A stretch of 63,878 bases of DNA from Octopus bimaculoides (Eukaryota): positions 16,651,168 through 16,715,045 of the forward strand of contig NC_068991.1 in assembly GCF_001194135.2 (NCBI RefSeq), written 5' to 3'. The notes under the pieces were generated by a model that ran no database searches, had not been told where the DNA came from, and worked only from the letters and a program-made list of their open reading frames with translations. A program made the translations under genes and the position numbers. Positions 47,371-60,967 of this stretch are shown here, one piece after another; position 1 is the first letter of the stretch, and each line of letters starts with the position of its first letter.

Positions 47371-47997
47371 GTGGCTGTGTGGTTAGAAGCTTGCTTCCCA
47401 ACCACATGGTTCCAGGTTCAGTCCAACTGCATGGCATCTTGGGCAAGTGTTTTTCTACTATAGCCACAGGTCGACAAAAGCTGTAAGAGTAGATTTGGGT
47501 AAATTTTCAGATTAACACCTGCACGATTTTCACTAGGGTGTTACGGTTACGGTTTTAGGGTCAGGGTTAGGGTTTTAGGGTTAGTTTTAGGGTTAGGGTT
47601 AGGGTTTTAAGGTTAGGGTTTTAGGGTTGGGGTTTTAGGGTTAGGGTATTCCGTCCCTAACCCTAAATCCCTAACCGTAACCCTAAACCATAACCTTAAC
47701 ACCCTAGTGAAAATTGTGCGGGTGTTAATCTGAACATTAACCTAGATTTGGTAAACAGAGACTGAAAAAGCCCGTGTCGTATGCGTTTATCATTGTGTCT
47801 GAGTTTGTCTTTCACCACCACTTGACAACCGGTTTTAGTGTGATTACACACCTCGTAACTTAGCGGTTCGGCAAAAGAGACCGATAGAATAAGTACCAGG
47901 CCTGAAAAACAATAAGCACTGGGTTCGATTCATTTGACTTATAATTCGAGGCGGTGCCCCAGTATGGCCGCAGTCTAATGACTGAAACAGACAAGCT
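47371..47997 (+). mobile_element. SINE family B interrupted by telomeric MITE copy 2
   Basis: Head at 47371; the SINE sequence GAGTAGATTTG|GTAAACAGAGACTGAAAAAGCC resumes after 47750. Confidence 0.85.
47498..47742. mobile_element. Merlin-like MITE filled with head-to-head telomeric repeats, copy 2 (opposite orientation)
   Basis: TIRs GGTAAATTTTCAGATTAACACC / GGTGTTAATCTGAACATTAACC; exact 8-bp TSD TAGATTTG (47490-47497, 47743-47750); core TATTCCGTC is approximately the reverse complement of the copy 1 core. Confidence 0.9.
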
Positions 47998-50900
47998 ATC
48001 ATTTTAAGCCGTCAGTTACTCGTAACCATTGCACAAGCAAAAATAATTGTGTGTATGTGTATGTGTGTGCGTGTGACACACACACACACACACACGTCCC
48101 AGTATGGCCACAGCCGTAGAGTGGAAACCAGTGAAAGAAAAAAGATTTCGACTGTTTGTGTGTACATATCTTTTAAACTATCTGTATCGGCCGACTGAAG
48201 AGGAAATGATATAGCAAATGCTATCGTGTGCAAGCTAAAAGATAGGAACCTAGTCTGAGAGAGAGACAGAAAGACAGAGTAATATAAAGAGGTAGATAGA
48301 GGGAGAGAAACAGAAAGAAAGAGTAATATAAAGAGGTAGATAGAGGGAAAGAGAGAGAGAGAGACAGAAAGAGAGTGGCAGAAAGAGAGGAGATAAAAAG
48401 AGAGGAATCAGAAATAGAGGGGGGGGGTCTTCGAAAGAAAGAAAGGGAGATAGAGAGGAGTAGAGAGGGAAGAAATAAAAGAGAGCAGGAGATAAAAAGA
48501 GACTGAGGGGGAATAAAAAAAACAGAGATAAAGACAAAAAATAGAGGTGTGGACAATAAGATATTGTAAAAGAGAGAGGAAGAATGAGAGGGTTAGAAAA
48601 AGCAGTAGAGAGAAAATATAAGAGAGAGAGAGAGAGAGAAAGCCTGTGCGTGATAAGTGAGATTTAACACTCCTGCTAAGGTCCTACATGTGTGTATGTG
48701 TGTGCACGCATATTCATGAGTATAATTTACGAGTGTATACACATGTTTATATATACAACAAAAACGGAGACAAAAGAACTTAGGCGCAAAATGTGAAGAG
48801 CACGCATACACACACACACACACACACACACNNNNNNNNNNNNNNNNNNNNNNNNNNNNNNNNNNNNNNNNNNNNNNNNNNNNNNNNNNNNNNNNNNNNN
48901 NNNNNNNNNNNNNNNNNNNNNNNNNNNNNNNNNNNNNNNNNNNNNNNNNNNNNNNNNNNNNNNNNNNNNNNNNNNNNNNNNNNNNNNNNNNNNNNNNNNN
49001 NNNNNNNNNNNNNNNNNNNNNNNNNNNNNNNNNNNNNNNNNNNNNNNNNNNNNNNNNNNNNNNNNNNNNNNNNNNNNNNNNNNNNNNNNNNNNNNNNNNN
49101 NNNNNNNNNNNNNNNNNNNNNNNNNNNNNNNNNNNATATATATATATAAACACGCATTTATATACACACACACACACACACACCAAACATTCACACATGA
49201 CAGACATCACGGTTTATTAGATACAAATCTATGTGAGGTTATGATTTATACACACACACACAGGCATACGCACTGCCTTCCCCCCACTCTCACACAAGAC
49301 AAGCACACGTATACTCATATGCACCTCTCCTACGCACATATATGCAGAGCCTTTCACGCACGTACAGACACACGCACACAGTCATGCTGCCTCGTTGATA
49401 CACACTGCTTCTCTCTTTCTCTCTAACACACACAGACATAGCCTCTTTCATACACACACAGACTCACAGGAATTGTTTGATTGCATGAGATAATGGCAAA
49501 AGCAGACAAGCGATGTTGAACAATTAAACAGACCAGTGAACACACACATATACACATCTATGTAGAATGTGTGAGCGTCAGTATATATTGTGTATGTAAA
49601 TAAGTGCATGTGTGAGTTGCATTAACAAATTTATTCAGACATGAAAACGTATAGCAAAAAAAATAGACACACACACACACTAAAACACATATACACATTA
49701 AATAAATAAATATATATATATATAAACAGGCATTAAAAAATGGTGCAAAAACATCTACATATGTAAAGTACATATAGATATACGCATGCATATAAAAAAA
49801 CCCACATATATAAATATGTGTGTGTGTTTGTGGATACATACATATGCATACACAGACAATATATTTAGTATCATTTGAGTAAAAACCTCGTAACATGCAC
49901 GTAAGAGCTCTAACATCGTTATTTGGTTAGCACATGTTATCCTATCGTAGGGCATATTTCATGACTGGATGCGCATGCAGAACTCCTCTTTGCATAAGAA
50001 CACAAGAATAATATAACGAGGATGGAGGCTAATCAGGCTTTAGTAGATCACGACATTTGTTTCTGCACAACACACCAGTTTTGAGTTGCTGAGTTTATAT
50101 TCATAAACCATTATAGATAGAATATTATTCTCTATGATTATTACATGGTTGAATATATTTCAGCAACAGCCATATGTGGGTGCTTTCATCGTGGTTGTAT
50201 GGTAAGAAGCTTGCTTCCTAACTACATGGTTCCGGGTTCAGCCCCACTGTGTGGTACCTTGGGCAAATGTCTTCTATTATAGACTCTGGCCGACCAAAAC
50301 CTTGTGGATGGATTTGGTAGATGGAAACTGAAAGAAACCCGTCGTGTGTGTGTGTATATATATGTATATATATATATATATAAAAGAATAAGCAACACGG
50401 ATCAAAAAATCAAAAGGGTGCCTACGCATAAATACCATATTCAACCTTGAATCTATATCTAAACTGTATATATATATATATATATNNNNNNNNNNNNNNN
50501 NNNNNNNNNNNNNNNNNNNNNNNNNNNNNNNNNNNNNNNNNNNNNNNNNNNNNNNNNNNNNNNNNNNNNNNNNNNNNNNNNNNNNNNNNNNNNNNNNNNN
50601 NNNNNNNNNNNNNNNNNNNNNNNNNNNNNNNNNNNNNNNNNNNNNNNNNNNNNNNNNNNNNNNNNNNNTAAAGCGGTGTTCCAGCATGTCCACAGACAAA
50701 TGATAGAAAAAAAGTAAAAGAGTAAAAGAATGATCACGGCCAAAAAATCTAAGTACTGATGGGGTGATTTTAAACTTCAAACATATTTACTTTTTTTCTA
50801 TCATTTGTCTGTGGACATGCTGGAACACCGCTTTAAGGGGTTTTAGTTAATGAAATTGACCCCAAGACTTATTCTTTGTAAGCCTAGTACTTATTCTATG

Positions 50901-51039
50901 TAAACACAAACGTTAGGTAAGGCAATATATTGGAAAAGAATAATTGCAAATACAAGGGGGCGAAATGGTGTTTCTCTGAAGGATCTCGGGAATATGTTAC
51001 TCAACAGGGCACATAGCCCAATGAGTCTTTCTAGGTCTG

Positions 51040-51270
51040 ACCACACTGAGAAGTTACAGCGCTTGTACTACAGACTTGTGGTTGAAATGTTGCAGGAACA
51101 AATCACAAGACGGATTCCTCAAGTCAAGCCAAATTGCAAGAGAACTGGAGATAGATGAAAAATGAGATGGTTGGATAATATCTATAATCTCAGTTGGTCG
51201 CACTTAGGGATTCCAGCCTAAAAGTCTAATGATGATTGCTTCTGATAGGACTTTATGGGAGGTACCTGAA
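51040..51270 (+). pseudogene. Highly decayed RTE (BovB-like) ORF 3' end
   Basis: Residual KRTG..KMRWLDNI and ASDRTLW motifs. Confidence 0.5.
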
Positions 51271-53100
51271 GACTTTGGCCCCACAACAATCCCACGAATG
51301 ATGGACAGAGAAGATAGATATATTTTATATTTTCTTCGTTCCAGTCATTAAAAGGCCACCATGCTGGGACACTGCCTTTCGTCAAATGCATCAATCCCAG
51401 TATTTTTTTTGTTTTTTGTTTTTTTGTTTTGTAAGCCTGGTACTGATTCCATCATTCTATTTTGTTGAACCACTAAGTTACAGAGATATTAACACAATAC
51501 CAGTTGTCAAGTGGTGGTATGAGGCAAACAGATACAAAGACAGGCGCAGGAGTGGCTGTGTGGTAAGTAGCTTGCTTCCCAACCGCATGGTTCCGGGCTC
51601 AGTCCCACTGAGTGGCACCCTGGGCAAGTGTCTTCTGCTATAGTCTCGGGCCGACCAAAGCTTTGTTAGTGGATTTGGTAGACGGATGGCTGCAGTCAAA
51701 TGACTGAAACAAGTAAAAGAATAAAAGAATACATACACGCACACACACACACACATATAACAGGCTCCTTTCAGTTTCCGTCAACCAAATCCACTCCGAA
51801 GGCTTTCGTTGGCCTGGGGCTATGGTAGAAGACACTTGCCCAAAGTGCTACGCAGTGGGACTGAACCCGGAACTATGTAGGCTTAAGAAGCGAACTTCTT
51901 ATCACACAGCCATGCATATACCTGTATCCAGGGGTACATGTATTCAACATGTAGAGTTTATCTGGTTGAATGAATAATCTCTACTGTATGTTTGGGCGGG
52001 GGTGAAGATTGACAACAATAAAGGCAAGCAACCACAGAAAATCTACCTTAACTAGTTTCATACAAGCATAGAAAAGTAGTCATTCAGATATCTGAATGGT
52101 TAATATGCGTGTTCTACATCCTGTAATTTTCAGAATAATAACTGTCATTATTAAATAGGCTAATATGAGATTTTGATGGAAGCCATTAATTTAGATCGCT
52201 TTAAACCTTTAGCATATCCAAGCCCAAATAATGTACCTGCCCAAATAATGTACCAAGCCCAAATGAAACTCAACTATATCTAAAGCAATAAATACTTTTC
52301 TTCGGTAACATTTTTTCTGTTCTGTTAGTTGTTCAAGACGTTTTTTTCTTGTCAAGTTGATATTTATCGATTTTTTTTTTGTCAAGTTGAATTATCAATC
52401 TGACTACTTTCATAAAGTCACTTCCACTAAAATGTTTTAATATTTGTAAGTAAAGTTTTGAAAAGAAGGAGAATATTTGATAATATTTAAGAAATATTAT
52501 TTATATTTAAATAAGAAATATTATTTATATTTAAATAAGAAATATTTATATTTAAATAAGGGCCATGTAACTTCCCAGATGTAACTCGCGCACCCTATCT
52601 GCGAGTCAACCGCAAATACCTACTTTGACAACCCCAAACTAAGAGTGCGACATGTACACGAGTATATAAGGTAATGCATGATTAAATGAAAACAATGTCG
52701 ATAAATAGGAATTATATTTGACGGAGTAATGTGAATGCTAAATGCTCGGGAGATTTGTAGCATAGAACCAGAGGTGGTTTCAAGTGAAGAAAGTTCCACC
52801 ACACCTCAAATTTACATATTAAATGTTCCAGTGATGTGGGACACAAAGACAAGACGTCTTTTCTTCTTTTTTTTTCATGCAAAAGGAAAACAGAAGCTAA
52901 ATTATAATAGTAAGCATGAAAAATCGTTTTTACTAAATTGAAAATAGTTCTACAAATTATTTCCAATCACTAAAGATATATAATAAATATCTTACAGCAT
53001 TATAAATATCTTTGTAAATGTAACAGCCGTGCTATATATGACTAGCAACTAATGTACTCATGTGTGAAACTGTACGTAAGTATGTGTGTATGTAATAATG

Positions 53101-53322
53101 TACGAAGGGTTGCTGAAAAGTTCCTGGCTTTAAGGGTGTCGCAAAAGGCCTGGTTGGAGGCCGAACCTTCCGAGTTCTTTTATAGAGCTTAGGAGAAAAG
53201 AAGGACCACTGCAATAAGCGTATGAATCTTAGAGGGGAATATGTTGCATAAAATCGTAATTAACTGATCGTCCTGTATTTTTTTTTAGCCCAAAGCCAGG
53301 ACCTTTTCAGCACCCCGTCGTG
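53101..53322 (+). mobile_element. Non-autonomous mariner element
   Basis: TA|CGAAGGGTTGCTGAAAAGTTCCTGGCTTT ... AAAGCCAGGACCTTTTCAGCACCCCGTCG|TG; interior resembles a mariner transposase 3' end. Confidence 0.8.
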
Positions 53323-53339
53323 TATTGTATACATATGTA

Positions 53340-53735
53340 GATCTCTTTTATCATTTACTTGTTTCAGTCATTAGACTGCGGCCATGCTGGGGCGCCGCCT
53401 TGAAAATTTTTTAGTCAAATGAATCGAGCCCAATACTTAATTTTGTTAAGCCTGGTATTTATTTTACTGGACTCTAATGCCGAACCGCTAATTTACGGGG
53501 ACGTAAACACACCAACACCGGTTGTCAAGTGCTAGTGGGAGAACAGGCACAGGCACAAAGACAGATACACACATACACAGGGCTTCTTTCAGTTTCTGTT
53601 TACTAAATCCCCTCACAAGGCTTCGGTCGGTCTGAAGATATGGTAGAAGACACTTGCCCAAGGTGCCACACAGTAGAACTGAACCAGGAACCATGTGGTT
53701 AGGAAACAAACTTCTTACTACACAGCCACGCCTGC
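53340..53735 (-). mobile_element. SINE family B, full length
   Basis: Reverse complement of head, core and tail as in 43432-43881. Confidence 0.85.
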
Positions 53736-54261
53736 ACCTATTATGTAAGTACATAGGTGTGTACTTCGATAGTTCTACCTTAGAAGGTACGAACAAAGGA
53801 GTACTCGGTAACAGACATAATGGTTACTCTTTTTACAACCTGAACAATCAATGGTAGAAAAGGAAGCGGGTGGTAAAGCAATGACTCATCAGCTTCTTAC
53901 AAATACGAATACACTGCCATCATCATCATCATTTAACATCTACTTTCTGTGCTGGCATGGGTTGGCTGCGTTATTGCACTCAGAGTTACTGACTTCATAG
54001 GCAGGTTGGCGGACTACACCATGCATGAATGCTTCAATTGGTTTCAATAGCTGAATGCCTCTCCTGTTACTCGGTGTGTGTGTGTGTGTGTGTGTGGATA
54101 GATAGATAGATAGAAAGTATGGGGGTTAATATTGTATACGACTTGATGTTTGCCTTGCCTTAATGTTTGTTGTCCTCATTAACAATAATAGACAGACAAA
54201 CAGATAGATAGATAATAGATACAAATATATAAACACACACATATTCATATATATATAAATA

Positions 54262-54302
<41 letters not shown>

Positions 54303-54350
54303 CATCATCATCATCATCGTTTAACATCTGCCTTCCATGCTAGCATGGGT

Positions 54351-54382
<32 letters not shown>

Positions 54383-54802
54383 CGAAATTGTAATTGAACC
54401 ATACTCGATGACTGGCACCTGCACCAGTGGAGCACTAACAGCACTGTCCGAGCGTGTTCATTGCCAGCGCAGCTGTCTGGCTTCCGTGCTAGAGAAGAAA
54501 TCAGGTCATTTATTTCATCCTTTAGCATTTAAACCAACAGTATCTTGCCCAGGGCTAATGTGTGTTAGTCCACATTGATCCAAGGTACTTGGTAAAATCA
54601 GCACTACTGATGCCACATTAAAAGCACCCAATACACTCTGTAAAGTGGGTGACATTAGGAAGGGCCTCCAGCCACAGAAACTATGCCAAAGCAGAGAGCA
54701 GAGACTACTTGGTGTAGTCTTCTGACCTCTTAGATCTTGTTGTATCACCCAACCCATACCAGCTTAGAAAACAGACATATGATGATGATGATGGTGATAT
54801 GG

Positions 54803-54838
<36 letters not shown>

Positions 54839-54972
54839 ACAAACATACACTCACAAGTCTTTGGTTGTGTAGTATAAAACTCTTGCCCAAGGTGATGGGA
54901 AGTGGAACCGAACTCCAAACCACATGGTTGTAAAGCAAGCTTCTAAATCATACAGCTATGCCTGCACCTATG

Positions 54973-55006
<34 letters not shown>

Positions 55007-55011
<5 letters not shown>

Positions 55012-55296
55012 TTGTCTGGGGAGAGTCATTCTCTTTTAGTGCCTTATAGATTTAACACACTCACCGGTCTAATTTCCGGTCATTTACTTATTTCTTTTTA
55101 CTAAAATTTTCGTTGCGCCTTGCAACCTTTTCAACAGTCATTGAATGGACAGAGTCAAGGACTATTGTAAAGGTTGGAAGATGCAACAAAAATTTTAGTA
55201 AAAAGAAATAAGTAAATGAGTGGAAATCAAACTGGTGAGTGTGTTAAATTAATAAGGCACAAAAAGAGAATGACTCACCCCAGACACAATAAAATA
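55007..55296. mobile_element. Foldback MITE (near-complete palindrome)
   Basis: Arms of about 135 bp, roughly 85% complementary, separated by a loop of about 10 nt; left end abuts (TA)n. Confidence 0.8.
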
Positions 55297-55349
55297 TGCT
55301 TCAACACATGAATTCACATAAAGAATCTTGCAAACCAAATATATATACG

Positions 55350-55388
<39 letters not shown>

Positions 55389-56639
55389 NNNNNNNNNNNN
55401 NNNNNNNNNNNNNNNNNNNNNNNNNNNNNNNNNNNNNNNNNNNNNNNNNNNNNNNNNNNNNNNNNNNNNNNNNNNNNNNNNNNNNNNNNNNNNNNNNNNN
55501 NNNNNNNNNNNNNNNNNNNNNNNNNNNNNNNNNNNNNNNNNNNNNNNNNNNNNNNNNNNNNNNNNNNNNNNNNNNNNNNNNNNNNNNNNNNNNNNNNNNN
55601 NNNNNNNNNNNNNNNNNNNNNNNNNNNNNNNNNNNNNNNNNNNNNNNNNNNNNNNNNNNNNNNNNNNNNNNNNNNNNNNNNNNNNNNNNNNNNNNNNNNN
55701 NNNNNNNNNNNNNNNNNNNNNNNNNNNNNNNNNNNNNNNNNNNNNNNNNNNNNNNNNNNNNNNNNNNNNNNNNNNNNNNNNNNNNNNNNNNNNNNNNNNN
55801 NNNNNNNNNNNNNNNNNNNNNNNNNNNNNNNNNNNNNNNNNNNNNNNNNNNNNNNNNNNNNNNNNNNNNNNNNNNNNNNNNNNNNNNNNNNNNNNNNNNN
55901 NNNNNNNNNNNNNNNNNNNNNNNNNNNNNNNNNNNNNNNNNNNNNNNNNNNNNNNNNNNNNNNNNNNNNNNNNNNNNNNNNNNNNNNNNNNNNNNNNNNN
56001 NNNNNNNNNNNNNNNNNNNNNNNNNNNNNNNNNNNNNNNNNNNNNNNNNNNNNNNNNNNNNNNNNNNNNNNNNNNNNNNNNNNNNNNNNNNNNNNNNNNN
56101 NNNNNNNNNNNNNNNNNNNNNNNNNNNNNNNNNNNNNNNNNNNNNNNNNNNNNNNNNNNNNNNNNNNNNNNNNNNNNNNGAGAAAAAGAAGTCCCAAAAT
56201 ATTTTTCTTGGAGAAAGGGTTAAATAGAGAATTCTAGTTGAAAAGCAAACGGTGAGAAGAGGGAAGTCTGTGAAGTACTCTGAAACCGGACAAGAATGGT
56301 TGGAATGATATAGGTAGCTTAAATATGTAGAATATGGTTATAGTAATAACATGGTAAACAGTGGAAGTGTCCATGATGATGATGGTGGTGGTGGTGGTGG
56401 TGGTGGTGGTTATGAAGATATTTTGTAATGGTGGAGTGATGGTGGAAGTAATGGAAGAGATGGATATAGAGATGGTGGTAGAAGTGGGTTTATTTTGTGG
56501 TGGTGGTAGTAGTGATAAGGACACTGGTGGTAGGAGTAACATTTTTTTTGATAGTTGTAGCGGTGACGGTGGTGACGGTAATGGTGACAACTGGTGGTGG
56601 TGATGGTAATGGTGGTGATGGCAGTATTATATGCTGTTT

Positions 56640-57060
56640 AGCCCCACATCTTTTATCTTCCACTTGCTTCTGTCACTAGACTGCAGCCATACTGGGGCAC
56701 CGCCCTGAAGAATTTTAGTCAAACAAATTGACCCTAGTACTAATGTTTTTACCTTTTTTGTGTGTGTTTGAAGCCTGGTGGCACTTATTGTATTGATCTA
56801 TTTTTGCCAAACCACTAAGATACATGGACGTAAACACACCAACACCAGTTGTCAATTAGGAATGGTGGACAAACATAGACACAAAGATATATACATATAT
56901 ACAAATGGCTTCTTTCAGTTTCCATCTATCAAATCCATTCACAAGGCTTTGGTTAGCCCAAGGCCATAGTAGAAAACACTGCCCTCAGGTGCCACACAGT
57001 GGGACTTAACCTGGGACCATGTGGCTGGAAAGCAAACTTCTTACCACACAGCTATGCCTG
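56640..57060 (-). mobile_element. SINE family B
   Basis: Reverse complement of the family B pattern, tail through head. Confidence 0.8.
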
Positions 57061-57152
57061 ATCGGTGTAACAATCAAAGGCGTTCCAGCATTGATCATTT
57101 CAATTTGATTTTTGTAAGATACAGTTGTATTGAGGACTACATTATCCAATGT

Positions 57153-57540
57153 TGTTGTTGTTGGCACTCCGTTGCTTACGACGTTGAGGGTTCCAGTTGG
57201 TCCGATCAACGGAACAGCCTGCTCGTGAAATTAACGTGCAAGTGGCTGAGCACTCCACAGACACGTGTACCCTTAACGTAGTTCTCTGGGAGATTCAGCG
57301 TGACACAGTGTGACAAGGCTGACCCTTTGAATTACAGGCACAACAGAAACAGGAAGTAAGAGCGAGAGAAAGTTGTGGTGATAGAGTACAACAGGGTTCG
57401 CCACCATCCCCTGCCGGAGCCTCGTGGAGCTTTTAGGTGTTTTCGCTCAATAAACACTCACAACGTCTGGTCTGGGAATCGAAACCGCGATCCTATGACC
57501 GCGAGTCCGCTGCCCTAACTACTGGGCTATTGCACCTCCA
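57153..57540 (-). mobile_element. SINE family C, full length with TSD
   Basis: Close to 42052-42439; 12-bp TSD ATTATCCAATGT at 57141-57152 and 57543-57554. Confidence 0.93.
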
Positions 57541-59099
57541 CTATTATCCAATGTACCTTTTTTCTAAAAGACTTCTGGATATGATTTGAGGGAGATTTGG
57601 CTGTTATTTCTTGCAAGTCAAGTGAATACATAGAGGATGCCTCATAGATATGCAGCCTTGCTGCTGTCAATGACAAGGATGATGGATGAGGCAGTGAATG
57701 TAGGATGTGGCAGTGGTTGTTTCTGTTGACGTTTAACCCTAGGTCAACCCTGATTAATCAGACCTATAATGAAAGGCATTCCAGTCATGACCATCCTACT
57801 CTTTATTTATGAGGGGGGGGGGGTATCTAGAACAACATTACCCGATACATGAGCCTTTCCTTCTCAACGAAGTTGATTAGAGAGGTGAGAATGTGGTTGC
57901 TATGTCTAGCATGATTAGTGGTCACACGGTGGCCACACATGTTGACCGTCTGTGTTAGTGGTGATACTGATGATGATGGTGATACCAGTGTTGACAAATG
58001 TGGTGGTGATTGTGAGGGTGGCAATGGTAGTGGCGGCAGTGGTGCTAATTATGATAGTGATGGTAATTATGGTGGTGGCTGTGGTGGTAATAGTCGTGGA
58101 AGGAGAAGTAGTAGTAGTAGTAGTAGAAGGAGTGCTAGCAGCAGCAGCAGCAGTGGTATTCATAACAAGGTGGTGGTGGTGGTGGTGGTACTGGTTTATT
58201 TGTTTTATTATTTACTCTAAGCTGGCAGACTGGCAAAACAGTAAGCCTGCCAGGCAAAACGGTTAGCAATATTTCTTCCAGCTCTTTATGTTCAAAGTTC
58301 AAATACTGCCAAGGTCAACTTTGTCTTTTCATTATTTCAGGATCAATAAAACAAAAAAAAAAAAAAAGGACCAGTCAAGTACTGGGGTTGACATAATCAA
58401 GTAAACCCCACCCACACCCCATTCCTGCCAAAATTGCTGGCCTTGAGTCGAAATTTCAGACAATTCTTTATTTACTGTATATCACCAATTCATAAACAAT
58501 GGCATCCTTTCTTACACGTTTCCAACAGACCAAACACTGGTTCACTGTATTTCTGATAATGAGAGTGACAAGAGAGTGTCTGTAACTCAATGCAGAACAA
58601 ATATCTCAAGGGGCATCATTCTTAAAGCAACAGTTTTTCAATTTTGCTCAACAATGTCTATACCCTTTGCCAATATACATCACTGAAAGTCTCACACACA
58701 CACGTGCACACAAACAGACACAAACACACACACTTGTTTATTCATTGCATATCCTGCCCCAGAAAAACTACACAACCCCATGACAGCATGAAAGAGCATG
58801 TATATTATATGCGTTTCATATATGTGTACATTTGCATACATAGATCTAATAAAGAATAACAGAAAAAGCTTCAATATCAAAATATATATGTGGGTGTGTG
58901 TGTGTACATATATATATATATATATACATATATTCTTTCACCTGTTTCAGGCATGTGACTACACCCATGCTGGAGCACCACCTTACATATGTATATATAA
59001 GGCACAGATATGGCTGTGTGCTAAGACGCTTCCTTCTCAATCACATGGCTCCAGGTTCAGTTCCACTGTGTAGCAGCTTGTGGACGTGTCTTCTACTAT

Positions 59100-59475
59100 A
59101 GCTGGCATGGGTTGGACAGTTTGACAGAAGCCTGCACCATACTTCTGTGTCTGTTTTGGCATGGTTTTTATAGCCGGTGGCTGTTTGCCCTTCCTAACAC
59201 CAACCACCCCGCAGAGTGGGCTGAGTGCTTTTTATGTGGCACTAGCACAAGCAAGGTCAGTTTTGGCATGGTTTTTACAGCTGAATGCCCTTCAAAATAC
59301 CAACCACTTCACAGTGTGGATTGCATGCTTTTTAAATGGCAAGGTAACTAAGTAACATTGCAAGACAAGGAATCTTTGAGACAGGAGGGTGCAGTGAAGG
59401 TGGTGGACTTGCATCAGATGATGAATGGTTAGAGTGTGACAGAGACAGAAACAGGTGTCTTGTTCTAGAGGAGGT
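59100..59475 (-). mobile_element. RTE-tailed retroelement 3' fragment
   Basis: Reverse-complement relative of 27110-27500. Confidence 0.7.
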
Positions 59476-59490
59476 ACATGGTTACCTAGC

Positions 59491-59491
59491 C

Positions 59492-59522
<31 letters not shown>

Positions 59523-59940
59523 CAGACAGACAGAGACAGACAGACAGAGAGAGACAGACAGACAGAGAGAGACAGACAAAGAGAGACAGACAGAGAGAAA
59601 CAGACAGAGAGAGACAGACAGAGACAGACAGACAGAGAGAGACAGACAGAGAGAGACAGACAGAGACAGACAGACAGACAGAGAGAGACAGACAGAGACA
59701 GACAGACAGAGACAGACAGACAGAGAGAGACAGACAGAGAGAGACAGACAGACAGAGACAGACAGACAGACAGAGACAGACAGACAGAGACAGACAGACA
59801 GAGACAGACAGACAGAGAGAGACAGACAGAGACAGACACACAGAGAGAGACAGACAAAGACAGACAGACAGAGAGAGACACAGATAGAGAGAGACAGATA
59901 GAGAGAGACAGACAGACAGAGAAAGAGAAAGAGAGAAAAG
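59491..59940. repeat. (AGAC/AG)n compound microsatellite
   Basis: About 450 bp of mixed AGAC and AG repeats; source of the long CLSLSV/RDRQTE ORFs. Confidence 0.97.
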
Positions 59941-60697
59941 AAGAGAGGATTAACAAGAAAGAGGGCAGGAACAGGGGTGCTGCTGTAAAGATTATCTAAC
60001 CAGAGGGAAGAGCAAGAGAAAGAGAGAGAGGGAGTGATGAAGAATGAGGGCAGAAACAGGTATGCTGGTCTGTACAAAGTACTCAATATGAGATCAGTGG
60101 AATGTGACAATGGGGTTGATGATAGGAGAATGAGGTCAGTGTCATCTTAAGGCAAGGGCAAACTAGGGAAATAGATGTCCAAGAGCTTCATGGGTGTAGG
60201 AACCCAAACCTGGTCTATGTATTCTGTGGCTTGCAGTCAATAAATTAATACTTATAGAGTCCAATGCATTGATTAGCCCAAGGGCCTATAACACTGTTAA
60301 AACAGCTCCTAAACAAGATGACAAATTGTTTGCTTGTTGAGGAGATCAGAAATCATTGTAAGGACAGCAGACGAAACACCTTGCTAGAAACAGCAATCAA
60401 ATCTCTCTCGAACCACACACTAACATCTTAAAATGGGAAAAAAAATAAAAAGTCAGTTACGTCAGACATAGCTATAAGTATACAAAATAATAGGAATGCA
60501 TCAAAGTTGGAATGTCTTTGAGTATGGGCTCGCTCGACCAAGGATGACCTGGAGCTAAACAAAAGTAACACCATCAATGACAACAACAACAGCATGTATA
60601 TATGTAGAGATGTAGCATGAATGTAGAGGGTAAGCTTGCAGATCAGTCAGTCAGATGGCCTATTTTGGAATGTGATTCACAATGGGTTGGGGAGGAC

Positions 60698-60728
<31 letters not shown>

Positions 60729-60906
60729 AAGAGAGGGAGAGAGAAAGAGAGACAGACAGACAGAGGCAGAGAGAGAAAAGCTACACTGTCCCAAATATGT
60801 GAGCAGTACTCTAATGTGGGTCACATTCTGTACCTTGAAAGAGAGTCAACTGTTATTCTGAGCTGGAAGTATTTTCTAACCTTGATTTTATGTATGTATG
60901 TATGTA

Positions 60907-60959
<53 letters not shown>

Positions 60960-60967
<8 letters not shown>

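Noticed and set aside
46878-47742. True telomere or ancient chromosome-fusion site
   Set aside because: The repeats are short, bounded by shared TIRs and independent 8-bp TSDs, and one copy splits a SINE; this indicates transposition.
55296-56237. ORFs of about 300 aa here, and similar ones at 19449, 23848, 38251, 48593 and 50277
   Set aside because: Open only because they run through N gaps.
59292-60110. Longest ORFs in the track (272, 156, 148 and 119 aa)
   Set aside because: Translations of the (AGAC/AG)n microsatellite; no domain content.
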